Assembly: GCA_963805625.1 (NCBI GenBank)
Contig: CAWDVE010000024.1
Span: 32,001-96,000 of the forward strand
Source: an uncultured Candidatus Rokubacteria bacterium
GTDB lineage: Bacteria; Methylomirabilota; Methylomirabilia; Rokubacteriales; DASRDR01
Direction of reading: 5' to 3'
Length of the DNA stretch: 64,000 nt
The notes under the pieces are model-generated. The model was not told the origin of the DNA and searched no databases. It saw only the letters and a list, made by a program, of their open reading frames with translations. Of this stretch, positions 26,946-38,700 are shown piece by piece. Each line of letters starts with the position of its first letter. Position 1 is the stretch's first letter. The position numbers and the translations under genes are program-made.

Positions 26946-27434
26946 ATGGCCGCGCGGGGTGACCGTGTCGACCGTCTCGCGGGTGGAGACCAGGGCGGGC
27001 CGGCCTCGCCGCGACGGCGGCTCTGGGTCAGCCGGAGCCCCGGGCGCGTGGTCGTCCGGTATGCCGACGGGCGGATTCTGAAGGGATACGCCGACTTCGA
27101 TCCGGAGCAACCCTGCCTTCGCCTCGTCCCCCTGGGCGATCCGGATGCCGAGGGCGTCAAGATCGCGCTGACGGAGCTCAAGGCCGTGTTCTTCGTTCGG
27201 AGCTTCGACGGCGACCCTGGGCGCGACGAGTCGAAGGATCTCTACCAGGCTCGACCCCCCGACACCCGCAAGGTGAGCGTACGGTTCCGGGACGGCGAGG
27301 AGCTCGTCGGGCACACGCGACAGCTCGACCGGTACCGCTCCGGGCTCTTCTTCACCCCGCTCGATCCGCGGAGCAACAACCTGCGCGTGTTCGCCGTCTT
27401 CGACGCGCTCTGGGGGGTCCGGCGACTGCTGTAG
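26946..27434 (+). CDS. DUF6982-like protein (two small beta-rich repeats)
   Basis: VVVRYADGRILKGY...LKAVFFVRSFDG and KVSVRFRDGEELVG...SNNLRVF. Confidence 0.75.
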   Translation: MAARGDRVDRLAGGDQGGPASPRRRLWVSRSPGRVVVRYADGRILKGYADFDPEQPCLRLVPLGDPDAEGVKIALTELKAVFFVRSFDGDPGRDESKDLYQARPPDTRKVSVRFRDGEELVGHTRQLDRYRSGLFFTPLDPRSNNLRVFAVFDALWGVRRLL

Positions 27435-27614
27435 CTCCGCGCCCACCCCACGCGGCACGCGATCGGATTCGCGCCGCTGGTCGGGGAGGCCGGCCGTCTC
27501 GACTCAGGGCGCGGGGGGCAGCGCGGGCGCCGGCTGGCGTGTGTCCAGCGTGGTGTGAAGGCCCCGGCTCTTCGCGAGCTGCCAGCGGACCATATGATTG
27601 ACGTAGGAGTCGAC

Positions 27615-28859
27615 ATGGCGCCCTCGCAAACCGACGTCTGCGTGGTGGGTGGCGGCCCCGCCGGACTGCTCCTCGGCTTGCTCCTGGCCAAGCGCGGGGC
27701 CAATGTGATCGTGCTCGAGGGGCACGAGACCTTCGACCGCGAGTTCCGCGGCGAGGTCCTGCAGCCAAGCACGGCGCGCCTCCTCGACGAGATCGGGCTC
27801 CTCGAGTACATCCTCGCCCAGCCACACCTGACCTTGACCACGGGCCGGCTCCTCGTCAACGGGCGCCCGGCGGGCGGGTTCGACTTTCGCCACATTGCGC
27901 CCGAGTACCCCTGTGCCATCTGGATGCCGCAGCCGGTCTTCCTCGAGGCGCTCGCGCGGAAGGCCGGCGAATTCCCGGAATTTCAGTGCTGGATGGGCGC
28001 CCGCGTCACCGAGGTGGTAGAGGAACATGGCCCCGTGGTCGGCGTCCGGGGCCGGCGACACGGCGCGGAGTCGTTCGAGATCCGGGCCGACGTGGTGATA
28101 GGCGCCGATGGCCGCCACTCCACGATCAGACGGCTGGGCGGTTTCGTCACCGAGTACGAGCACGACGACTTCGACGTGATCTGGTTCGCCGTCGAGCCCC
28201 CGCCGGACTGGCCCAAGACGATCTACTTCTCGGTGGGCAAGGTGCCGCTGCTGATGCTGCCGAAGTACCCGAACCAGATCCAGGTCGGTCTCCTGCTCAC
28301 GAAGGACGAGTGGCGGCGCTGGCGGCAGGAGGGCGTTGCGGCGGTGGCCGCGCGCATCCGGCGGCTCGACCCGTTGTTTGCCACCTTCGCGGCCGGGCTC
28401 CGCGACTTCACGCCTTTCTTTCCGCTGCCGGCCCTGATCCTGCTCGTCCGCGACTGGGCGCGGGATGGGCTCCTGCTGATCGGCGATGCCGCCCACACGA
28501 TGAGCCCGGCAGGGGCGATCGGGGTGAACGTTGCCCTGGCGACGGCCGCGGTCGCCGCTCAGGAGGTCTACCCGAGGCTGGGCAAGGGGCCGATTCCCCG
28601 GAGCGCGTTGACCCGGGTCCAGGAGCTACGCGAGCAGGACGTGAGGACGCTCCACGCGCTCCAGCGTCGGGCGGGCCGGGCGCTGCTGGGATCGGGCAGC
28701 GGGAATCCGCTGCTGCGCTGGCTCGTGCAGAGGGCGCTGCCGCTGGCCGTCCGCTCGGGGCTGTTCCCGCGGCTGCAACGGCGTCTGTTCTTCGGCGCTC
28801 CCCTGCCGCCGCTCGACCCCGCGTTCAGCTTTCGCGCCGGCCCACCCTCCGTCGGCTAA
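27615..28859 (+). CDS. FAD-dependent monooxygenase (UbiH/PheA-like)
   Basis: GGGPAG, GADGRHS and IGDAAHTMSPAGAIGVN; AGGAG RBS. Confidence 0.92.
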   Translation: MAPSQTDVCVVGGGPAGLLLGLLLAKRGANVIVLEGHETFDREFRGEVLQPSTARLLDEIGLLEYILAQPHLTLTTGRLLVNGRPAGGFDFRHIAPEYPCAIWMPQPVFLEALARKAGEFPEFQCWMGARVTEVVEEHGPVVGVRGRRHGAESFEIRADVVIGADGRHSTIRRLGGFVTEYEHDDFDVIWFAVEPPPDWPKTIYFSVGKVPLLMLPKYPNQIQVGLLLTKDEWRRWRQEGVAAVAARIRRLDPLFATFAAGLRDFTPFFPLPALILLVRDWARDGLLLIGDAAHTMSPAGAIGVNVALATAAVAAQEVYPRLGKGPIPRSALTRVQELREQDVRTLHALQRRAGRALLGSGSGNPLLRWLVQRALPLAVRSGLFPRLQRRLFFGAPLPPLDPAFSFRAGPPSVG

Positions 28860-29032
28860 CCGCCCTTCCTCGAGTCGCCTGGCAATCGTGGTATGGTGCC
28901 CTTGCCTTCCACCGGGTTCCTGGTTGACGCGCCGGGCGTCGTGCCCCCTGGCATCTGGCTCAGGATCTCGTTTCCGACCGCGTGATGCCGCGCGACCTCG
29001 TGCGTGCCCGCGCCGAACGGAGTCCTGCCAAG

Positions 29033-29293
29033 ATGGACGAAGCCGTCCTCTGTCAGCGTGCCCGCAATGCCATCCGGGAGGGGAGGCTTCCCACGCGCAC
29101 TCCCGATCGCACGTGGGGAGGACCCGGCATCGGGGCGCCGTGTGCGGTCTGTGACCTTCCGGTTCCGCGCGACGGCATGCAGTTCGAGATGCAGTTTGCC
29201 ATCCACGAAAACGCCCCGCATTTCGATGTCTATCACGTTCACACGGGCTGCTACGCCGCCTGGGAGCTGGAGCGAACGCGGCCCGCGAGCTAG
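29033..29293 (+). CDS. small putative zinc-binding protein
   Basis: WGGPGxGxxCAVC...HxxCYAAW pattern (CxxC plus HxxC). Confidence 0.7.
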   Translation: MDEAVLCQRARNAIREGRLPTRTPDRTWGGPGIGAPCAVCDLPVPRDGMQFEMQFAIHENAPHFDVYHVHTGCYAAWELERTRPAS

Positions 29294-29395
29294 TGCTACC
29301 GCAACGATATTGAGTACTTCCCACCTCGTCCCCGGTGGCGGGACTCACGATTCAGGCCGTCGCTCCCCCGCCGGTGCCGGCCCCTCCGGGGCCTC

Positions 29396-29436
29396 TTGAC
29401 GTGCCTAGTACTACTGTACTATTATACTCATACAGT
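29396..29436 (+). promoter_or_regulatory. sigma70-like promoter overlapped by palindromic operator A (29413-29436)
   Basis: TTGACG at 29396-29401; TATTAT/TATACT at 29420-29428; ACTGTA-N12-TACAGT abuts the ATG at 29437; no RBS, so probably leaderless. Confidence 0.8.
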
Positions 29437-30549
29437 ATGAAGATCCCCCTGCGCCTCCAAGTCGACACCCACAGCCCGATCCCGATCCGCTGGCAGCTGA
29501 CGGAGCAGCTGAAGCACGTGATCGAGGGGGGCGGCGTTCCGCGGGAGCAGTCGTTGCCAAGCATCCGTGAGCTGGCGGGCTTCCTCGGCATCAATCCGAA
29601 CACCGTGGCGCGCGCTATCGAGGATCTCAAGCGGAGCGGGCACGTGGAGGCGCGGCGGGGCAAGGGCGTGTTCGTGGCCCCGGCTCTGGCCGCCCGCCCG
29701 TTTCCGACTCGCCGCGAGGACTTCCTGAGGGACGCGGTGATCCGCGCGGCGGCGCTCGAGATGACCCCCGACGAGGTGGCGGTGGGCATCCTGAGCGTGG
29801 CCGGCGTCGGGTTGGCCGCCCTCCGGGACGCCGTCGCGGTGCTCCTGGTCGAGTGCAGTCCGTCGGAGCTGGATTTCTTCGGGCGGGAGCTTGAGGCCCA
29901 GCTCCCCGTCCGGGTCGACAAGGTGCTCCTCGCCGGGCTGGCGGGAGTTGTGCGGCGCCGGAGGCCAACAGATCGCTGGGCAGCCGCGGTCACCAGCTTC
30001 GGGCATCTCCCGGAGGTGGAGCGCCGGCTGAGCGGCCTGGGGGTCCCGGTGGTCGCGCTCCTCGCCGAGGTGCACCTGGAGACGCTCCATCGTCTGGCCC
30101 AGCTCCCGGCAGGGACGCGAGTGGGCGTGGTCTCCGCGGAGCGCGAGACTGCCCACAACCTGGAACACTCAATCGCCAACGCGGCCCTGCCGAACATCGC
30201 GCGGGTCGAGGCCAGCCCGGCCGAGGGCCCGGCACTGAGTCGGTTGGCGCGGCAGGTGGACGCCATCGTCTGCTCCACCTCGGCCGCCGCGCGGGTGAGA
30301 AGCCTCGTGGGTCCGACGGTGCCGGTGATCGTCGACGATCGGGCCCTCAACCAGCGGGGCATCCAGATGCTCGGGGCCATCCTAGCGCAGCACGACGGCG
30401 ACCGCCCGACCGCGACGCTGCCCCTCACGCGGAAACCGCTCGGTGCTGGTGCAGTCCGGGGCGTCCCCCGCCAGGGGGCAGCCCGAGGGGAAGACGGGAA
30501 CGGGGTAGTCAGGCGGCGGAGCCAAGATCCGATGAAGGGGGAAGAGTGA
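29437..30549 (+). CDS. GntR family (YtrA-like wHTH) regulator with long C-terminal alpha/beta domain
   Basis: PIRWQLTEQL...LPSIRELAGFLGINPNTVARAIEDLKRSGHVEARRGKGVFV. Confidence 0.93.
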   Translation: MKIPLRLQVDTHSPIPIRWQLTEQLKHVIEGGGVPREQSLPSIRELAGFLGINPNTVARAIEDLKRSGHVEARRGKGVFVAPALAARPFPTRREDFLRDAVIRAAALEMTPDEVAVGILSVAGVGLAALRDAVAVLLVECSPSELDFFGRELEAQLPVRVDKVLLAGLAGVVRRRRPTDRWAAAVTSFGHLPEVERRLSGLGVPVVALLAEVHLETLHRLAQLPAGTRVGVVSAERETAHNLEHSIANAALPNIARVEASPAEGPALSRLARQVDAIVCSTSAAARVRSLVGPTVPVIVDDRALNQRGIQMLGAILAQHDGDRPTATLPLTRKPLGAGAVRGVPRQGAARGEDGNGVVRRRSQDPMKGEE

Positions 30550-30800
30550 TGAGTTTCGTCATGTGGGTGCTCGTGGCGGTATTGGCCGGCTTGCTCGCTG
30601 GGTTCGTCATGAAGCGAGGAAGCTACGGCCGGGGGTGGGATATCGCGCTCGGACTCACGGGAAGCATTGTCGTGAGTTGGTTCTTCCAGAGCCAGTGGGC
30701 CGCTCCCGATCCCAGTCTGGTCGCGGTGATCTTCGTCGCGGCCATCGGCGCAGCGGGTTTGATCGTCGCCCAGCGCGCGATCTTTCCGTCGCATGTCTAG
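30549..30800 (+). CDS. GlsB/YeaQ/YmgE family stress membrane protein
   Basis: AGLLAGFVMKRGSYGRGWDIALGLTGSIV, three TM helices; start overlaps the GntR stop (TGATG). Confidence 0.88.
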   Translation: MSFVMWVLVAVLAGLLAGFVMKRGSYGRGWDIALGLTGSIVVSWFFQSQWAAPDPSLVAVIFVAAIGAAGLIVAQRAIFPSHV

Positions 30801-30880
30801 GGCCCGAAACGTGGATGGATCCATCCCGGCGCGTCGCGCCGGAGTCCGACAAACGTCGCGAACATAGGGGGAACCAACAC

Positions 30881-31273
30881 ATGGAAGCGAACAGAGGCAA
30901 GCTGAGCATGGGACAGCGGTGGAGTGAGGCGCGACCGACGAAGACCCTGCTCTTCTGGTCTTGCGTGGCCTCGATGGTGCTGACGATGATCGTCGGCTTC
31001 AGCTGGGGCGGATGGGTTACGGGCGGCACGGCCCGCCAGACGGCGGAGACCACGGCCTCCGACGCGATCGTCCTCCGCCTGGCCCCGATCTGCGTCGTCC
31101 AGTCCGCTCGGGACTTGGGAAAGGGTCCGAAGCTCGTGGCCATGAAGGACGAAAGCAGCTGGCAGCGCGGCGAGTATGTCGGCAAGCAGGGATGGGCGAC
31201 GATGCCGGGTGAGCAGGAGCCCGATCGCCGTGTGGCCGAGGCCTGCGCGACGCTACTGATGCCGACGAGCTAG
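30881..31273 (+). CDS. conserved hypothetical membrane-anchored protein
   Basis: TMIVGFSWGGWVTGGTA...LAPICV...GWATMPG...VAEACA; Cys pair. Confidence 0.8.
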   Translation: MEANRGKLSMGQRWSEARPTKTLLFWSCVASMVLTMIVGFSWGGWVTGGTARQTAETTASDAIVLRLAPICVVQSARDLGKGPKLVAMKDESSWQRGEYVGKQGWATMPGEQEPDRRVAEACATLLMPTS

Positions 31274-31419
31274 GGGTCCGTGAGTGGCGCACCCGGAGAT
31301 GGCTCCCCCCGGGCCATCTCCGCTCTCACGCGCGGGTCTCGTGGGTGGCCCGATGCGTCCGTGGCGGCCAGCGCGCTGGCGACGGAAGGTCCAGATCTTC
31401 ACCCACAGCCGGGAGCACC

Positions 31420-31743
31420 ATGCGAGAGATGACGAGTTTTAGGACGCTTCGCGAACAGAGTCGGATCACATGGATTGAGCGGGACCGCGGCTGGGTCGCG
31501 GCGCCGGAGGACATCGTGACCGTCCTCTCGAGCGAGGGCTTCGCGGAGTGCAAGCGTGAGACGACGACGAGCCGGCGTGATAGCCACCCGGCCGGCGGCG
31601 TCTGGCAAGGCGTGGACCCTCGAACGGGATCCGTCGCGTCCGCGGTCTGGGTGAATCACGCGGCGTGGCCGCACGCGCTCGTGTACATCGAGGTCGACGG
31701 GGAGTCACTGACGGGTGCCGTGGGTACGCGCGTCGAGTCCTGA
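31420..31743 (+). CDS. hypothetical protein
   Basis: GGGAG RBS; protein-like composition; co-oriented with neighbours. Confidence 0.65.
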   Translation: MREMTSFRTLREQSRITWIERDRGWVAAPEDIVTVLSSEGFAECKRETTTSRRDSHPAGGVWQGVDPRTGSVASAVWVNHAAWPHALVYIEVDGESLTGAVGTRVES

Positions 31744-32084
31744 GACCCACTCGGCAAGGGGCCGGGTCCAACCGGACGCGCAACCCAAGGGGCGCGACGC
31801 GCCCAGGAGCCATGCGGCGATGGAAACGCGATCGCGATGCGGAGCGGACAACTGGTCCCGGAGTCTGGCCCGGGGCCGTGGCGGTGAGTCCGCTCTGGCC
31901 ATGAGCGGGAATGTGAGCGCCGAGGCGCCCGCTCATCGACCCGAGCACCAGAGCAGTGAGTCGGACCGTGGTGGCCCCGGACTTGAGCCGGATCCGTATC
32001 GGGATGAGGGCGGAGAGGCGTAGGCGCGCTCGGACAGTTCTCGTCTGAGGGCGCGGCGCCGGGCCCTGGCAGGGGAACAGGCAT

Positions 32085-32357
32085 ATGAAGGTGAGAGATC
32101 TCGCGTGTTGGCCTCCGAGATGGCGCCGGGCTTCCGGCCCGTCCGGCGAGGTCACCAGTGGTGAGCGCGGGGTTCTCATCGCCGCTCACTGGGACTACAA
32201 GACCCAGTCCCTGTCCCTCGTCATGGAGGACGAAGGGGACCGACACGTCGGGGTCCTCGAGGACACGGTGCCGGTGCTGTCCACGCTCGCCCTCATGCTC
32301 GATTGGCACGTCGGCCGACCGCTTGCCAAAATTGGCGGCCTGGAGATGACTGTCTAG
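32085..32357 (+). CDS. hypothetical protein (90 aa)
   Basis: Purine-rich RBS; protein-like ORF starting MKVRDLACWPPRW. Confidence 0.6.
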   Translation: MKVRDLACWPPRWRRASGPSGEVTSGERGVLIAAHWDYKTQSLSLVMEDEGDRHVGVLEDTVPVLSTLALMLDWHVGRPLAKIGGLEMTV

Positions 32358-32710
32358 GCTCCAGGGTCGGCCGGTTTCTCCCTGTGAAAGTCGGCGCCCG
32401 GGCCAGGCCATTCCAGGGTTGGCCTCACGGCTAAGGAGCCGGAGGCGCACAGAGGCTGGCGATGCTCGTATCCTGGTGGGAGGAGTAGGTTCGTCTGTGG
32501 AGCGCGTCGCGTGAAGGGTGGAAGCAACCACGGAAGAAGCCCCGCACCCTCGGCGCTCACGGAACGAGGGGACATCGTCTTCGACTGGACACTGATCGTC
32601 GCCGGACAATGGGCCGGGGCCAGCGACGAGTCGCCCCGAGTGGCGCGCCGGGTCCCAAGGCGACTGGCTCGCAGGTCGCCCGTCCGCGCCGTGGCAGAAA
32701 GGCTGCCGAC

Positions 32711-35700
32711 ATGCCGGGGCTGAAAGCCAGCGCACTGTTCCGAGACCTGGGGTCGCGCGCGTTCTCGTCCGGGTCGCTGCCTGACTCGCAGGACCCGATC
32801 AGGGCCGAGCTCTTCAGCGCCGAGCGCCTCGAACAGCATGCGGAAAGCGTCGCCGCGCAGCGTGTCCACGTCGAGGGTGGGAGGGGACGCCCCCTCTCAC
32901 CGCGCGTGCGAGACAGCGGGCGCGTGCTGCTCCGATGCTATCGCGAGGTCGCCGCCGTGATCCGAGAGGAAGGCGCGATCACCCCGGCCGCGGAGTGGTT
33001 CGTCGACAACTTCCACATCGTGGAGGACGTCCTTCGAGAAGTCCGGGAGGATCTTCCTCCGGGATTCTACCGCCGGTTGCCAAAGCTCGCGGAGGGACCC
33101 CTCGAGGGCTACCCCCGGGTACTCGGGCTGGCCTGGCCCTTCGTCGCCCACAGCGACAGCCGCTTCGAGCCCGAGACCCTCCAACGCTTCGTCCAGCGAT
33201 TCCAGCACGTCCAGGTGCTGACCATCGGCGAGCTGTGGGCCGTCCCGATCGCCCTACGTCTGGTGCTCCTGGAGAACCTCCGTCGTCTAGCCGAGCAGAT
33301 CGTCAACGGTCGCGCCGCGCGCCGTGACGCGGACGCGCTCGCGAACGAATTGCTGGGGCTCGGAGGGGAGCCGGCGCGCCGTCTGGCCTTTCGGCGGCTC
33401 GAGGCCGCTGCCCTGCCGATGGCCTTCACCGTGCAGCTCGTCCAGCGCCTGCGGGAGCAGGATCCGGAGTCGACACCGGCGCTCGCATGGCTCAGCGAAC
33501 AGCTGGCCGGCCTGGGCACGTCGCCCGAGGAGCTCGTGCGTCAGGAGCATCAGCGCCAGGCGGCGATGAACGTGACGGTCCGGAACGTGATTACCAGCAT
33601 GCGAACGATGTCGACGTTCGACTGGGCGGAGTTCTTCGAAAGCGTCAGTCTGGTCGATGCCGCGCTGCGCGCCGGGAGCGACTTCGGCGCGATGGACTTC
33701 AAGACGCGCGACCGTTACCGTCACGCGATCGAGGACCTCGCTCGAGGTTCACGGCGGACGGACATCGACGTCGCCCAGGAGGCGATCGCTCGAGCGAACC
33801 GCGCCGCTTCGGAGCGAGAGCCGGCGGGCACTCCGGCTGAATCCCGGGTCGAGGACCCTGGTTACTATCTGATCTCGAAGGGGCGCCGCGGCTTCGAACG
33901 GGAGATCGGCTACCGGGTCCCCCTCACACAGTGGCTGCTGCGAGCCTACGTGGGTGGAGCCACGCCGGGCTACCTGGGCACCATCGGCGTCATCGCGGGA
34001 TTGCTCGTGGTGGTTCCTCTCGTCGCCACGCATGCTGCGGGCGTGAGCCCGGTTGTGCTCGTTCTTCTCGGACTCGCCGCCTTGATTCCGGCATCCGATC
34101 TCGCCGTCGCGCTCATCAATCGCTTCGTCACGGAGCTGCTCGGTCCCCGAGCGCTGCCGCGCCTCGAGCTCGCCGAGGGCATCCCGCCGGCCCTACGAAC
34201 CCTCGTGGTGATGCCGACCCTGCTGGTGAGCGACGCCGAGATCGAGGAGCAGGTCAACCGCCTGGAGCTCCACTATCTGGCGAATCTGGAGGGCGCCATC
34301 CACTTCGCTCTCCTTTCTGACTGGATCGACGCGCCGGCGGAAACCATGCCGGCTGATGATCGGCTCCTCGAGACCGCCATCGAGGGGATCGCCCGGCTCA
34401 ACCGGCGCCATGGTCCCGCTCCCGACGCGGGGGCCCGATTCCTCCTGTTCCACCGGCGCCGGCTCTGGAATGACAGCGAGGGCCGGTGGATGGGATGGGA
34501 GCGCAAGCGCGGCAAACTGCAGGAGCTCAACCAGTTGCTCCTGGGGCACGACGGCACGACGTTCATGGGGTCCCGGCTGGACGTGCCACCTTCGGTCCGA
34601 TACGTGATCACCCTCGACGCGGACACGCGCCTGCCTCGAGGCGCCGCCATCCGCCTCGTCGGGACGATGGCCCATCCGCTCAACCGGCCTGTCTTCGATG
34701 CGCGCGTGGGCCGGGTCGTCGAGGGCTATGCGGTCCTTCAGCCGCGTGTCACTCCCACGATGCCCACCGATCGCGACACGTCACTCTTCCAGTGGCTCAC
34801 CGCCGGGCCGGCGGGGATCGATCCCTATGCGGCGGCGATCTCCGATGTCTACCAGGATCTCTTTGGAGGCGGCTCATACACCGGCAAGGGCATCTATGAC
34901 GTCGAGGCATTTGCCGGGGCGTTGGAGGGCCGCGTACCCGAGAATGCGCTCCTCAGCCACGACCTGTTCGAGGGCATCTTCGCGCGGACGGGACTGGTCA
35001 CCGACATCGAGCTTTTCGAGGAGTTCCCGACGGACTACGAGGTTGCAGCGGCCCGGCAGCATCGATGGGCGCGGGGCGACTGGCAACTGCTGCCCTGGAT
35101 CGTCCGGGGGGCCGCTGGCGCCGGGGCGCATCGAAGCTCCATCCCGCCGATCGATCAGTGGAAGATGGTGGACAATCTCCGTCGTACCCTGTCAGCTCCG
35201 GCCGCGTGGCTGACCCTTGCCACCGGCTGGACGCTGCCCGACCGCCTGCCGCTCGTGTGGACGACCTTCGTCCTCGCCACGATCGCGATACCCGCCCTCC
35301 TGCCTGCGTTCGCCGAGGCGATTCCGAGGCGAGCGGGAATCTCCAAGCGGACCCACATCCGGGCGGTCGGACGGAGCTTCGCGCTGGCGGCCTCCCAGAT
35401 TGCGCTGTGGATCACGTTCATGGCGCATCAGGCGTGGCTGATGGGCGACGCGATCGGACGGACCCTGGTCCGCGTGTATGGGACCCATCGACGGTTGCTC
35501 GAATGGATGACGGCCGCGCAGGCCAAGTTGGGACTATCCCTCACGCTGGCCGGTGCCTATCGACGGATGCACGGGGCGCCGATCCTGGCCGTTGTGGCCG
35601 GGATGCTGGTTGTTCTCGTTCGGCCAGGCAGCTGGCCGATCGCCCTGCCGTTCCTCTTGCTGTGGGTCCTCTCGCCGCTCATCGCACGATGGGTCAGCCG

Positions 35701-38700
35701 GCCCCCGCGCGTCGACCCGACGCAGGGGCTGTCGGCGTCGGATGCGAGGCTCCTCCGCTCGACCGCGCGCCGCACGTGGCGGTTCTTCGAAGCGTTCGTC
35801 GGTCCGGGCGATACGTTCCTGCCGCCTGACAACTTCCAGGAGGACCCGGCGCCGGTCCTCGCCCACCGCACGTCGCCGACCAACATCGGGCTGTATCTCG
35901 GGGCGATCGTCGCCGCCCGCGATCTCGGCTGGCTCGGGATGCTGGAGACCGTCGACCGGCTCGAGGCGACGCTCACGACGATGGGGCGGCTCGAGCGCTT
36001 CCGGGGCCACTTCTACAACTGGTATGAGACGACCGACCTTCGCCCGCTGGAGCCCCGCTACGTGTCCACGGTGGATAGCGGGAATCTGGCGAGCCAGCTC
36101 CTCGTTCTGGGAAATGCCTGCCGCGGGGCGCTCGAGCGCCCGCTACTCGATCACGAAGCCTTCGCCGGAATCGAGGACGCCGTATTGCTCGTACGCGAGG
36201 CGGCGAATGCCCTCGTGGATGACCGGCGCACGCAAACGGTGAGGCTCGGCCATCTGGACCAAGCCTGCGAGGCGCTGGTCATGATGCTGCGCGACCCACC
36301 TCGACCGGCGGCCGACTGGGTCGTCCGCTTGGGTCAGCTCGCCGGCCAGGCCGATGCCCTGGTGGACATCACACGCACGTTGACGGCGGAGCGCGGCGAT
36401 GGCGAGGACTCAGACGTCCTCGTCTGGGCGCAGGCGACGCGCGCCACCATCGCGAGCCACACGCGCGACCTCGACCGGCAGATGCCGTGGGCATCCCGTC
36501 TCGAGGCCGTCGTCGCCGACCTCCCCCCCGCGTCCCGCGAGGCCGCGATCGCGAGCCGGGCCCTCTGCTCCTCGTTTCCCACCCTGGCCGCGCTGGCTGA
36601 CCTCTGCGAGTGTGCGGTCAGTGAGCTCACGGCCATGCTCGACGGCGGCCCTCGCGCCGGATCCGCCCGTGGGGGTCGAGTCGAGCACGTCCACGAGCTC
36701 ATCGGACAGCTGGAGGGCGCGGCCGTGGCGTCACGAGCGCTCGTCGAGCGCCTCTCCGCCATCGCCCGCGTCACGAAGCAGCTCTTCGATGCGATGGACT
36801 TTGGCTTCCTCTTCCACTCTGCACGCAAGATCTTCTCGATCGGCTATCGCGTCACGGAGGGGAGTCTCGATCCGAGCGCGTACGATCTCCTCGCCTCCGA
36901 GGCGCGGCTCGCGAGCTTCATCGCGATTGCCAACGGCGGGGCACCCACGTCGCACTGGTTCCACCTGGGTCGCCCGATGACGCCCGTTGGGCTCGGGGCG
37001 GCGCTGGTGTCCTGGTCCGGCTCGATGTTCGAGTACCTGATGCCGGCGCTCGTCATGCAGGCGCCACCCGGAAGCTTGCTCCAGCGGACGTATCGCCTCG
37101 TCGTCCAGCGTCAGATCGGGTACGGTGCGGAGCACGGGATTCCCTGGGGCATCTCCGAATCGGCGTACAACGTGCGCGATCTCGACCTGACCTACCAGTA
37201 TTCGAACTTCGGGGTTCCGGGTCTGGGTCTCGAGCGGGGCCTCAGCGAGGACTTGGTCGTCGCGCCCTACGCGACCGCCCTGGCCGCCATGATCGACCCG
37301 AGTGCCGCCGCCCGTAACTTCACGCGCCTCATCGCGGTGGGCGGGAGGGGATTCTACGGCTTCTACGAGGCGTTGGACTACACGCCGTCCCGGCTCCCGG
37401 CGGGGACGACCGTGGCGATCGTTCGTGCCTACATGGCGCACCATCAGGGCATGACCCTCATCGCGCTGGCGAATGTGCTCCGAGATGGGGTGGTGCGCGC
37501 GCGATTCCACGGCGAGCCCATCATCCAGGCGACCGAGCTTCTCTTGCAGGAGCGCGTGCCCCGGGACGTGGCGGTGGCGAGACCGCGGGCGGAAGAGGTG
37601 CAGGCGCCGGCCCATGTGCGGGAGTTCGTGGAGCCGTCCTTCCGTCAGTTCACGTCTCCGCACGACCCGACGCCGCGGACGCACCTGCTCTCCAACGGCC
37701 GGTACACGGTGATGCTGACGACCGCGGGTTCGGGCTACAGCCGGTGCGCGGAGCTCGCCGTCACTCGATGGCGGGAGGATGTCACCCGGGATCACTGGGG
37801 GACCTATCTCTTCCTGCGGGATGTCCAGAGCGGGGCGGTATGGTCGGCGGGGTATCAGCCTACCGGAGTCGAGCCGGACGACTATCGCGCGACCTTCTCG
37901 GAGGACCGGGCCGAGTTGTATCGGCGCGATGGCGCCATCACGACCACGCTCGAGGTGCTGGTCTCGCCGGAGGCCGACGCCGAGCTGCGGCGGGTGTCCG
38001 TCATGAACCTGGGGGGGCAGACACGAGAGATCGAACTGACCTCCTACGCCGAGCTCGTGCTGGCGCCGCCGGCGGCGGATACCGCGCATCAGGCCTTTTC
38101 CAGCCTCTTCGTCCAGACGGAATGGGTAGCCGATCTCGGGGCCCTGCTGGCGACCCGCCGTGGCCGGTCGGCGACGGACCCGGCGATCTGGGCGGCCCAC
38201 ATCGTCGTCGTCGAAGGCCAGTCCGGTGGAGGGACTCAATACGAGACCGACCGCGGGCGGTTCCTCGGCCGGGGTCGCGGGGTCCGCACCCCGATGTCGG
38301 TCGTCGACGGGAGGCCCCTCTCGAACACGACCGGCTCGGTGCTCGATCCAATCTTCAGCCTCAGACGGCGAGTCCGTCTCGCGCCGGGAGAGAGCGCACG
38401 CCTCATCTTCTCCACGTTCGTCGGCCCGTCGCGCGAAGCCGCCCTGGCGCTCGCCGACAAGTATCGCGACCCCGCGACGTTCGAGCGGACGGTCACGCTG
38501 GCCTGGACGCGGGCGCAAATCCAGCTCCATCATCTCGGGGTTCGCGCGGACGAGGCCCGCCTGTTTCAGGATCTTGCAGGCCGGATTCTCTACGCGGACG
38601 CGACGCTTCGGCCCGCGGCGGTGATGTTGCGGCAGAATGCGTCCGGACCCGCGGCCCTGTGGGCCCACGGGATCTCCGGCGACCTCCCGATCGTCCTGGT

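Noticed and set aside
32400-32710. Riboswitch in the glucan synthase leader (GGGTG...CACCC and GTGG-AAGCAA-CCAC hairpins)
   Set aside because: Short stems are expected by chance at this GC content, and no aptamer consensus was recognised.
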